The notes: generated from the letters alone by a model not told the origin. A DNA stretch of 64,000 nt from an uncultured cyanobacterium (GCA_963803805.1 CAWDOD010000007.1:160001-224000); one strand, 5' to 3'. Shown: positions 42,001-50,332, counted from the stretch's first letter. Numbers and translations: made by a program.

Positions 42001-42463
42001 CGGGATTAGTAGCACTAAATTCTCTCCCATTTTCTAGCAACAAACTATCAGCAGTGCTAACGAAAAAAGACCCAGCAATATCTAAACGGGCATTTTCGCC
42101 AAAGAAGACACCGTTAGGATTAATTAAGAATAAATTTGCCGTACCGTCAACCCCTAAAGTACCTAATATTTCTGAGGGATTGTTACCAGTTACGCGGGTT
42201 AATATATTGTTGATTGCTGCTGGATTTTCAAAGTAAACCCGTTGCAATTCCCCGACATTAAACTGACTGAAACTGTGAAAAAGATTAGTACCACGAATAG
42301 CGCCGCCAGTGATTAATTCTCCTGGTAGGCCCTTGATTTGGGTATTGTTGATGATTTGGGAGTTTTCTTGTCCCAAGGTTGCATCAGGGGTGATTTGGGC
42401 TTGCAGAGGAGAAGCAGAGAAGAGGGTTGTAGTGAGTAGTAATAAGGTGGTTAGTTTGGACAT
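39095..42463 (-). CDS. Filamentous-haemagglutinin family TpsA exoprotein
   Basis: AQITPD, NLFHSFSQFNV, LFLINPNGVFFG TPS domain; beta-helix repeats (GNAGNLTVNT); cyanobacterial C-tail GRAGLP...QGW. Confidence 0.93.
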   Translation of the reverse strand: MSKLTTLLLLTTTLFSASPLQAQITPDATLGQENSQIINNTQIKGLPGELITGGAIRGTNLFHSFSQFNVGELQRVYFENPAAINNILTRVTGNNPSEILGTLGVDGTANLFLINPNGVFFGENARLDIAGSFFVSTADSLLLENGREFSATNPDAPPLLTVNIRPGLQYGNNVPRAEIVNRGKLLVGQDLTLVGRNLDLTGEVQGGGDVNLVATNEVKIRDSVTNPFVAAAGGELLVQGDEKVDIFALNHPDSGLFAGGDLTLRSGNAVGGDAHYWSGGNFRVEKLDGSLGDLFSPDDPIIITSGDVILGDYQGASLHILAGGSVALGDVLIDNLETGNNSINPGNTNNINATTTYSDLANFNLSDGTAVPTINGNARPTLDIRAGIDWNALGGIPTPDNSVIDGNSFFTANPPPRFSTPLANANITTGEIVTAFGFAGSDGGRVVLTNQFFPNSLPGGIAVNGVIDTREVQGGGSIQIDSRGDTTLQGGINASALDQNIGGGLPLNTYGGNGGDVTILGTGTLTTNAEILARGLLGGNVRVHSDAPLVLSQGIFNESYTDTSTLKGGDINLSSGGSFTLQNGAELSARTAGTTAIIGTATAGNISVDAQEINIENTSGIYANSDIADMNSLGSNGDSGQITLTAEQGISLNRGFIFVNTNGDGNAGVIDMQAKTLQLENGSFVSAFSQGTGTGGTITVNASESATLIGNDFNPVNNANFSGIFLGATSTGNAGNLTVNTKQLTLQEGARIFASTSGQGQAGNVVINASEFVKVVGTTPNGQVRSGLSSDTFGGGNAGNFVINTSQLLVEDGGEVSASTVSDGQGGTLVVNASDLVKVSGVANSGQASRLVFASSGSGNAQGIEINTKLLNIENGGQVNLSGNNSGNAGDILVNAESVNMTNGARLTTETINANGGNIQLFVDKSVILRQDSDILTNANGTGSGGNMTLRVGDFIVAILAEDSDIIASSLQGQGGNITATAKGIFGFRLFEKVNTSESDFTASSELGIDGTVEINVNDNLRLNPLDDRFLDEGLPEGCAVGSNGEKNSVFIDIGRAGLPSNPSDPLSSSIDSLNTSVTSLSDTQQSHSDQSIQEVQGWFELPDGEIILTSQAFASCLLRND

Positions 42464-42506
42464 GGTAGAGTTTTTCTATGAAGATTAGTTGAAATGAAAT
42501 TATGCT

Positions 42507-42739
42507 GTAGGGACGGCCTGCTTGCGTTATTTTTGTACCTCACAAACCGATAAGATTGGGTGATCTTTTCGGGGATTATTGGTGGGGAGGGGGACGTGTA
42601 GGGGCGACCCGCCTACGTTGTTTTTGTACCTCACAAACCAATAAAATTGGGTCGCCCTTTCGGGGTTTATGGGTAGGGAGGGCGACCCAAGATGATTTGT
42701 TTTTGGGTTGCCAAAGTTATGTCAACGGGTCGCCCCTAC
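42507..42739. repeat. REP/REPIN-like repeats left of RAYT (partial copy 42507-42597, full copy 42598-42739)
   Basis: GTAGGGGCGACCCG...CGGGTCGCCCCTAC 14-bp inverted ends enclosing a 142-bp unit. Confidence 0.88.
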
Positions 42740-43269
42740 GGATTGGGATGGGCGATCGCTTGGATATTCATTGAATCCGTTGCCCAGTCCAGAGGATTAT
42801 TGACAATGTAAGCTCGGATTTTTTCTAAAGCAAATTCGTCGGGAATAATTCGGTCATAAAAGTTTCTTTGCCATACTTGTAACTGGGAATTTCTGTTCGC
42901 AATTCTCCATTTTTTGGTAACTTGAGACTTGAACTGCCCAATGATGGCGCTTACAGAATTAGCTGTGGGGCCATTTCTTATTTGAGAAATAGGTTTAGGG
43001 AGAGGAAACTTTCTATTAATAATCATGATGCCATGAAAATGATTGGGCATAATAACATAGCTATCTAACTCAATGTAAGAACGTACTTTAGGAGTTATAA
43101 GCCATTCATGTTCTACAATTTTGCCAAGGGGAGAAAGTTGTACTAATCCGGCCACAATTTTGCTAAGAGTGCATTCTTTGCGGTAGGTACAAATAGTAAT
43201 AAAGTAAGCTCCCGATTGAGTATAATCATATCCCGGTAAACGACGGGAAGAACGATGGTAGTTAGACAC
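42736..43269 (-). mobile_element. REP-associated tyrosine transposase (RAYT, Y1/HUH)
   Basis: RLPGYDY, YFITICT, VIMPNHFHGI (HUH), WQRNFYDRII, YIVNNP; flanked by GTAG-type REPs. Confidence 0.92.
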
Positions 43270-43302
43270 AATTTTTGGTGATTATTTTTGATTAATTATG
43301 CT

Positions 43303-43617
43303 GTAGAGGCGACCCGCCTACGTTATTTTTGTACCCCACAAACCGATAAAATTAGATGTTTTTTCGGGGATTATTTGGTGGGGAGGGCGACCCAATATGA
43401 TTTATTTTTAGGTCGCCAAGGTTATGTCAACGGGTCGCCCCTACGGATTGTTGGGTGGTGTGCGTAAGCGTAGCCATGCCGGAGGCTTATCGTACAGGTG
43501 ACAATTTAAAAATATACCCATCATCAAAATCATGTTGTAGGGGCGACCCGCCTACGTTATTTTTGTACCCTACAACCGATAAAATTGGGTCGCCCTTTCG
43601 GGGTTTATGGTTGGGGC
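43303..43617. repeat. REP/REPIN-like repeats right of RAYT (full copy 43303-43444, partial copy 43537-43617)
   Basis: Same 142-bp unit, in direct orientation to 42598-42739. Confidence 0.88.
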
Positions 43618-43623
43618 TGAAAT

Positions 43624-46600
43624 TTAAACTCCAGGAACACGGATATAGCGATCAGGATTACTCGCTGTGTAATCAACAATTCGGTGTAGTGTACCTGCCC
43701 CACCACCATCAAAATTAGTGTTGTAGTGTGATTCTGAAAGAACAACTCGTTTGACTCCATTTTGGTAGTAAGTTTTCTCAACTACAGCTACATGATTTTG
43801 ACCATTCCTTGTCCATTGTGCAATATCACCTGGTTGAGGATCGCTAACGATATACGCTCCATTGGATAGCTGATAGTGCCATTGGTTTGCATTGCCTGAC
43901 ATTGAGTTTAAAGCGGCAGGATTACCTCCTAATTCTTTCACGCGCCCGTGCGCGTACCAAGTACAATTACCTTCAGTTCTACTGTATCCATCAACTAAAT
44001 TTGAGCCATAACTTGCCTGGGAAAAAATATTTCCTGTTGTGTAAAACTGAGGACGAGCTTTGAAATAGTTTACTCCTTGCTGAGTAAGTAGAGGTGTTTT
44101 AACAGTACCTCCGCCTCCACCTCCACTATCTCCGCTACCTTCACTTATATAATAAGCAGCAACATAACCCACCTGACCATTAGCTTCAATCTCATACCAA
44201 TCAGTCCGATTACCTGGATAATAAGCACCACCAGAAACTTGCTTGCGAATTGTCACCGCAGTTCCTTTAGGTAACTTGCCAATAATAGTAGAACCACTAA
44301 CAGAAGGTTTGTTGCGGAAATTGAGAGAAACATTACCTACATTAGCATTAACATGACCTTTCTTCGTAGTATTGCCAGGATCGGAACTGCCACCGGGTTG
44401 AATAGGAGGCTTAGAATTGGGATAGCCGAAAATGTAAGCACTGGGAACCCAATAAGCTTTACCATCACGCCAGTAACGATACCAGAGAGCATCAGGCTTA
44501 TCAGTCCAAATATCATTAACAGACTCCCCGTAAGTCCAGCCATCGAAATGCAAAGTCTTTTTGTAAGGTTCAGCTAAACCACTGCGGTCTTCATGCTTAG
44601 GGCTATTACGCAAAGCTACGCCAATACTAGGCCCTACCCAACCGGAGAAATTCTCCGCACGAAAATCAGTTGGTTGAGAAACAATATCGACATAGTAGGC
44701 AGCGACAAAACCTTGCTGCCCATCTACCTCGACTTTGTACCACTCATCACTTAAACCATTCTCGTAACTTTTTCCTTTGACAGACTCCAAAACCTTCAAA
44801 GTTTTTCCTTTAGGAAGCTGGCCAATCAGATTATCTCCTCTTACTTCAGGAGAAGTTCGGAAATTGAGAGGGTCATTTCCTACTTTAGAATTAACCACAC
44901 CAGATTTAGGTGGTGCAGGCTGAGGTTGAGGCTTGGGACTAGGGGGAGGGTTGGAACCAGTTGCGCTACCTGTGAAGAATTTCTCAATGCCACGGGCAAT
45001 AGCATGACCCGCTTTTTCTACATTGCCACGGCTCATCCCTGGTGCATCAATAAACAAAGATTCTGTGAGAACGGCAGGAACCCCTAAAGGAGCATTGCGT
45101 AATACAGATAAATCTTTTGTTTTTACTCCCCGATTAGGAATCTCGTTATCAGGAAAGACAGCATCTAGTTCACTGTTGACAGCTTTAGCTAGTTCAGAAT
45201 CAGCACTGGGTGCATTGGGATGAGAATAAACTTCGTGGCCTTGGGCATCCTTGTTAAAGGCATTGAGATGCAAAGAAACAAACAGATCGTATCCAGCAGC
45301 CCGTTGACCAATCTGTGCTAAGGATATAGCTTCATCAAGGATTTTTACCTCTGCACCGAGTTGGCGTAGGTGTTCAGCAACAATTTTTGCTTGGTGTAAG
45401 TTTTCTGTTGCTTCATTTGTACCATTACCACCAGCACCAGGATCGAACCCTGTATCAGTAATACCATGGCCTGGATCGAGGATAATCTTTTTACCAGCGA
45501 GGGTATTAGTATTTGGAACTGGAAAGTTTTGGAAAACAGCACGTTCCCAAGGAGTAGTTGGTTCTTTCCCGATAGGAGGAGTTTGCTGCAATTTGGGGTT
45601 GTATACTTCTGGGTCAACGGTTCTTGCCAAACTAACTGCCGCAGCAATGTTTAGCAATCCTGCCCCTGTTTCTAAATCTTCTCCTAACTCGTTTATATCT
45701 GCTGCTGTAGATTTGAGGATGTCAATTACTTGGCGATAATTCAAATTAGGGTTCGCAGCCCAAACTTGAGAGGCAGCCCCCGTTACCTTCGCGGTAGCAA
45801 CAGAAGTACCAGCCATTGTCCCTACACCATTACCAACAGTAGATACGACTGGAGTTTCTAAGTTGCCACCATTAGCAACAATGTCCAACCCTTCGCCATG
45901 ATTTGAATATTCAGCCCGATCAAAGCCTTGCCAAACAGAAGTTTCACCACTAATTTGTTCTGCTGAACCTACGGTAATAACGTTATCAAAATGCTGAGAA
46001 GCTTGTCCCAAAGCTGACATAACTTCACCCTCATTTCCTGCGGCAACGGCAACGAGAACATTGTTTTGACGGGCATATTCTAAAGCTGCCATTTCTGAGG
46101 GGGTAAACTCATAACGGGTGGTTTCTACACCATCAATATCAATTTGAGTTAAATCAAAGCTTAGATTTGCGATTCCATTAGGTTGCCCCGACTCCCTAGC
46201 TGCATCTACAAACTCCATTAAAGATTCCGCCCATTCACCTGAACCAACAGCCCTTCCTAACCAAAGGGGTGCATCATCATTGATACCATCAATCCCAATA
46301 TCATTATCATTCTGGGCTGCGACAATACCTAAAACATGAGTACCATGTTCATTGCCTTCTCCTGGGGTTAGCAAAGGGTTAGCATCGTTGGCAATCTTAT
46401 CTGTTCCTAAACTAATTTTTTCATAGTCTAAGTCAGGATTATCACCACTAAATCCAGTATCAATAAAGCCAATCAGAGGTTGGTCTTCAACAGGGAAATT
46501 ATAATCGGTAACAGGAGGATCTACTTGAGGGTTAGCATATTCTAAAATAGCTTCCCCTAAATCGCTGTCTCGCCACTCTTTCCCCTCTTCAATGACATTA

Positions 46601-47424
46601 TCTAGTAATTCAGCTTCTCCGGTTGCCCCACGTACTTGGAAAATTAAATCGTTGTAATCCCTATCAGAGTTATCATCAACCCGCCAGTCTTCCATCACAA
46701 AGGTGTTGCCATCCCCCGTTACATCAGCAATTTGTCCTAAATGGAAAGCATCATCAGGGTTGGCTGTAGCCACAGAGAAAAGAGGACGCAAATTACCTTT
46801 GTCAGGATTATCGAGAAACTCTTCTACAGTGCCGTTAGGAATAAGCATAAAACCGAAGCGATCGCCCGGCTTCATTTTTACAGGATCTCCTTGTTGATAA
46901 ATACCAGAGTTACGATCAGCTTCTCCTAATTCCCCGGAAAATTTTGCCCCTTCAGTAGCATCAGAAATAACAACATGACCTAATTCAGAATCACTCAAAG
47001 CTCGGTTAGCAGCTTCAAAACTAAAGTCTTCCGACTCTGGGTTCAACCCTTCTAAACTAAAGATGGCTAACTCTCCTTCGTAACCACCACCATCAAAGAG
47101 GAAGTCAACGGTTACTTCCCCAGTGTCCCCAACAGTAAAAACCCCTGAGTCGAAGTTGGGGGAAGAGATATCAGCTATTTCAGCTATTTGATCTGTTTCG
47201 AGTTCATCAAAGAAGCTAATCGGCTCTAATTCTTCATCGCTAAAGTCTTGGTCTATTTCTGCTAAAGGATCAATATCTTCTGGTAGATCAACGTCGAAGA
47301 GGGCTAAGTCAACCCCGTCATCACCGCCATCTAATAGCCCACTGGGGGTAAGAATTGGTTCTAAAATAAAGGCTTGAATTTTGGATTTGCCAGAACGAGA
47401 AGAGTTATTTTCAGGTAGTGCCAT
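43624..47424 (-). CDS. Multidomain hydrolase: DUF4114-like, S8 subtilase, amidase_3, three SH3b-like domains, CHAP
   Basis: S8 triad (FIDTG, EHGTHV, GTSVAT); amidase (LDPGHG, NEA, SLHLNA, LTESLF); SH3b (LNFR...WY.VE...GFVAAYY); CHAP (GNCTWY, NHVAVVE); DUF4114-like MEDWRVDDNSDRDYNDLIF. Confidence 0.88.
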   Translation of the reverse strand: MALPENNSSRSGKSKIQAFILEPILTPSGLLDGGDDGVDLALFDVDLPEDIDPLAEIDQDFSDEELEPISFFDELETDQIAEIADISSPNFDSGVFTVGDTGEVTVDFLFDGGGYEGELAIFSLEGLNPESEDFSFEAANRALSDSELGHVVISDATEGAKFSGELGEADRNSGIYQQGDPVKMKPGDRFGFMLIPNGTVEEFLDNPDKGNLRPLFSVATANPDDAFHLGQIADVTGDGNTFVMEDWRVDDNSDRDYNDLIFQVRGATGEAELLDNVIEEGKEWRDSDLGEAILEYANPQVDPPVTDYNFPVEDQPLIGFIDTGFSGDNPDLDYEKISLGTDKIANDANPLLTPGEGNEHGTHVLGIVAAQNDNDIGIDGINDDAPLWLGRAVGSGEWAESLMEFVDAARESGQPNGIANLSFDLTQIDIDGVETTRYEFTPSEMAALEYARQNNVLVAVAAGNEGEVMSALGQASQHFDNVITVGSAEQISGETSVWQGFDRAEYSNHGEGLDIVANGGNLETPVVSTVGNGVGTMAGTSVATAKVTGAASQVWAANPNLNYRQVIDILKSTAADINELGEDLETGAGLLNIAAAVSLARTVDPEVYNPKLQQTPPIGKEPTTPWERAVFQNFPVPNTNTLAGKKIILDPGHGITDTGFDPGAGGNGTNEATENLHQAKIVAEHLRQLGAEVKILDEAISLAQIGQRAAGYDLFVSLHLNAFNKDAQGHEVYSHPNAPSADSELAKAVNSELDAVFPDNEIPNRGVKTKDLSVLRNAPLGVPAVLTESLFIDAPGMSRGNVEKAGHAIARGIEKFFTGSATGSNPPPSPKPQPQPAPPKSGVVNSKVGNDPLNFRTSPEVRGDNLIGQLPKGKTLKVLESVKGKSYENGLSDEWYKVEVDGQQGFVAAYYVDIVSQPTDFRAENFSGWVGPSIGVALRNSPKHEDRSGLAEPYKKTLHFDGWTYGESVNDIWTDKPDALWYRYWRDGKAYWVPSAYIFGYPNSKPPIQPGGSSDPGNTTKKGHVNANVGNVSLNFRNKPSVSGSTIIGKLPKGTAVTIRKQVSGGAYYPGNRTDWYEIEANGQVGYVAAYYISEGSGDSGGGGGGTVKTPLLTQQGVNYFKARPQFYTTGNIFSQASYGSNLVDGYSRTEGNCTWYAHGRVKELGGNPAALNSMSGNANQWHYQLSNGAYIVSDPQPGDIAQWTRNGQNHVAVVEKTYYQNGVKRVVLSESHYNTNFDGGGAGTLHRIVDYTASNPDRYIRVPGV

Positions 47425-47467
47425 TTTAATTATCTGGTAAGAAAAATCAAATTTGCTGTCTTACCTT

Positions 47468-47519
47468 CTTCTCAGGGTGATAAACCACTATTTATGCACT
47501 GAGATACATTTCTTTACAA
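47468..47519 (-). promoter_or_regulatory. Putative alternative-sigma promoter, copy 4 (multidomain hydrolase)
   Basis: Minus strand: TTGTAA(47519), GCATAAA(47497-47491), N17, GAGAA(47473-47469). Confidence 0.7.
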
Positions 47520-47558
47520 TCAGAGCCTTTAACCCATAACTTCAGTAAAAGTATAGTT

Positions 47559-47611
47559 TTGTAACAAAATCGGTAATTGTGCATAAAAGACTAGGGGTCA
47601 GACCTGAGAAC
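47559..47611 (+). promoter_or_regulatory. Putative alternative-sigma promoter, copy 5 (GT4-M50-HlyD operon)
   Basis: TTGTAA(47559), GCATAAA(47581-47587), N18, GAGAA(47606-47610). Confidence 0.7.
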
Positions 47612-47671
47612 AAATAGAAGGCTCAACTAATTCCATAACTAACCATCTGTTTTCTCTTGCCATAACCAACC

Positions 47672-48865
47672 ATGTTCAAACAAAAACCAGGGCAGCACTT
47701 TTTCTTACTTTTCCCCAACATCTTCAACTTCAAAGGGGGTATACAAGTTTACTCTCGCTTTCTTTTAGAAACTCTCCAGGATTTATATCCTGAAGCTAGT
47801 TATGAAGTTTTTCTGAAATACGACAGTAAATTCCCTCAAAACCATTCCTTTCTGCCGCAAACTAACTTTCACTGCTTAGGTAAATTTCCTCGTTGGTGGC
47901 AAAGTTTCTTTTTATTACTACAAACAGTTATTCTTGGTACTTTACAACGCCCAACCTTAGTTATTGCCACCCACATTAACTATGGAATAGCCTGTTATTG
48001 CCTGAAAAAATTAACTGGCACTCCCTATTGGGTTGTCATTCATGGTTTGGAGGGGTGGAACATAGAAAATCCTCTGTTGCAAAGGGTTTTACAATCTACT
48101 GATAAAACCATTGCGGTAAGTGAGTATACCAGGAAACGTTTGCTTAAAGAACAACCGCTTTCCCCCCAACAAGTAGCTATTTTACCAAACACCTTCGATC
48201 CTACACAATTTCGCCCTCAACCAAAACCAGCTTACCTGCAACGGCGTTATGGTTTAACCCCAGATCAACCTGTAATTCTGACGGTAACTCGCTTAGGGAC
48301 TTCAGCAACCTACAAAGGTTACGAACAAGTACTTCAGGCTTTAGTTAAGCTACGTCAACAAATCCCCAACTTACATTACCTTTTAGGTGGAAAAGGGGAT
48401 GATCTTCCCCGAATACACAGTTTAGTACAGCGACTCGATTTAACTGACTGTGTAACTTTGACAGGATTTATTCCTGATGAAGAATTATGTGACCATTACA
48501 ATCTTTGTGATGTCTTTGCTTTACCTAGTCGAGGTGAAGGTTTTGGCATTGTCTATTTAGAAGCCCTTGCCTGTGGTAAGCCCGTATTAGCAGGGTGCGG
48601 GGATGGGGCAGTAGATCCTTTAGGGCAAGGAGAATTAGGTTGTTTGGTGAACCCAAATGATGTTGCAGAAATTGCGGCTAAACTCCAAGAAATTTTAGAA
48701 AAAACTTACCCTAATACTTTGCTATTTTCTCCCCATCTACTCCGGGAAAAAACTATCAGACGTTATGGTGTAGCTCAATTTTGTCATACCTTAGCTAATT
48801 TGGCTGACTTTGAGACATCGGTAGCAAATCCCCGTCCCTACCCATCATTGATAACTGGTAACTAA
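47672..48865 (+). CDS. GT4 family glycosyltransferase
   Basis: GGIQVY, HGLE, YKG, EGFGIVYLEALACG. Confidence 0.92.
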   Translation: MFKQKPGQHFFLLFPNIFNFKGGIQVYSRFLLETLQDLYPEASYEVFLKYDSKFPQNHSFLPQTNFHCLGKFPRWWQSFFLLLQTVILGTLQRPTLVIATHINYGIACYCLKKLTGTPYWVVIHGLEGWNIENPLLQRVLQSTDKTIAVSEYTRKRLLKEQPLSPQQVAILPNTFDPTQFRPQPKPAYLQRRYGLTPDQPVILTVTRLGTSATYKGYEQVLQALVKLRQQIPNLHYLLGGKGDDLPRIHSLVQRLDLTDCVTLTGFIPDEELCDHYNLCDVFALPSRGEGFGIVYLEALACGKPVLAGCGDGAVDPLGQGELGCLVNPNDVAEIAAKLQEILEKTYPNTLLFSPHLLREKTIRRYGVAQFCHTLANLADFETSVANPRPYPSLITGN

Positions 48866-48866
48866 A

Positions 48867-50300
48867 ATGGCTGATTATAGTAACTGGATTTGCCCTGATA
48901 TTAGACCCTACTGGAAACTAGTGAGGGAAAAGAATTCTCAGCAATTAGTCCTTGCTGCAATTCAGGGGGAAGCTAAACATTTTCTCTCTGCAACTGAAGC
49001 CTATGCTTTACGATACTTTGTCGGCAAACTTACTGTAGTCCAAGTACAAAAGAACTGCAACAAGAGGCTGCAAACTGCTGCTTCCCCTAACTTGGTAACA
49101 GAATTAATAGCAAAACTGATTAAGCTTGAGGTTATTTCCTTGGAAAGTGATTCGGAGTTGGCAAAGCCTCAAAGTCCCCAATCACATCAACTTAAACCCT
49201 GTTTACAATGGGTTAAACCTGCCCCAGAATATTGGATTTTGCGTAACCCGGAAGATGTTACCTTTCTCCAGTTTGATAACCGTAGTAAGGAAGCGGTTGA
49301 ACAAATTGGGCAAATACCTCCCCAGGAGATTGTTCATCGGTTTGACATCACTCCCCAAGAGTTACAATACCTGCTGCAAATACTGGCAGCAACGGGGATG
49401 TTAGCTGGAACCCATCCTGGTAAACCGAAAAAAGGTAAGTTTCATCCTATGCAACTACTATTTTTTAAGCTTAAACTCTTCAATCCCGATCCTTGGTTGA
49501 CTAATGGGGTTAAATACTTGCAGTGGATTTGGACTTCCGCTTTCAGTTTCATACTTTGCATTTTCTTAGGATTATCAGGGGCAGTAGGATTTAATCAACG
49601 GCGGGAAATTCTCCACCAAGGGCAGGAATTGTGGTTAAGATCAGGAACTTCCTTGCTCTTCTGGTTTGCAGTTCTTTCTTTAACAGTGGTAGCTTTGCAT
49701 GAACTTGGCCACGCTTTTACCCTTAAGCATTATGGGGGCATTGTTCCGGAAGTTGGCTTACTCTTCATGTGCCTCTTTCCTGCTGCCTATACCAACACCA
49801 GTGATTCCTACTGCTTGCCTAAATTTAAGCGTGTTTTAGTTGTGGGGGCGGGGATAATTGTACAAGTTACTTTAGCTGCGGTGGGTTTGTTATTCTGGCA
49901 CATTTCCCTTCCTGGAACCTGGTTGCATACTGGTAGCTTTCTCCTTATGGCTGGGGCTTTATTCACTGTCACCATTAATCTTAATCCTTTAGCTAAGTTC
50001 GACGGCTATTACCTCGCCGTTGCAGCTACAGGCATCAACAACCTCCGCAGCCGTGCCTTTGGTTTGTATGGTAACTTGCTCCGGTTGCAACCGATACAAG
50101 AAACCTGGCGCGATCGCCTGATTTTAGCAGTCTATGCCCCTTTTAGTCTTGTTTATATTTGGTTTGTGTTCGGTTTCCTTTTTTATCGCTTAGGAGACTG
50201 GATTTTAAGCAATGTACCCATGACAGCCCTGATTTTGCTAATTATCTGGGCAATTTATTTTTACTTTCCTCGCTCCTCCACTGCAAAATCAGAGAGCTAG
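48867..50300 (+). CDS. M50 family intramembrane metallopeptidase with two N-terminal PqqD/RRE-like segments
   Basis: HELGH and NLNPLAKFDGY motifs; several TMs; two N-terminal beta-strand plus helix units ending LIKLEVI and LAATGML. Confidence 0.85.
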   Translation: MADYSNWICPDIRPYWKLVREKNSQQLVLAAIQGEAKHFLSATEAYALRYFVGKLTVVQVQKNCNKRLQTAASPNLVTELIAKLIKLEVISLESDSELAKPQSPQSHQLKPCLQWVKPAPEYWILRNPEDVTFLQFDNRSKEAVEQIGQIPPQEIVHRFDITPQELQYLLQILAATGMLAGTHPGKPKKGKFHPMQLLFFKLKLFNPDPWLTNGVKYLQWIWTSAFSFILCIFLGLSGAVGFNQRREILHQGQELWLRSGTSLLFWFAVLSLTVVALHELGHAFTLKHYGGIVPEVGLLFMCLFPAAYTNTSDSYCLPKFKRVLVVGAGIIVQVTLAAVGLLFWHISLPGTWLHTGSFLLMAGALFTVTINLNPLAKFDGYYLAVAATGINNLRSRAFGLYGNLLRLQPIQETWRDRLILAVYAPFSLVYIWFVFGFLFYRLGDWILSNVPMTALILLIIWAIYFYFPRSSTAKSES

Positions 50301-50332
50301 AAACAGGTATTACCTATTACCCATTACCTATC

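Noticed and set aside
42474-42505. GCATAAT-N20-TAGAA upstream of tpsA as a sixth promoter copy
   Set aside because: Spacing is wrong, both boxes mismatch, and AATTATGCTGTAG recurs beside the repeat at about 43295.
42507-43617. Repeats around the RAYT as a CRISPR array
   Set aside because: Units are about 142 bp with conserved interiors and no unique spacers, and no cas genes are present in the window.
42556-43718. Short plus-strand ORFs 42556-42774 and 43455-43718
   Set aside because: They are translations of the REP/REPIN repeats.
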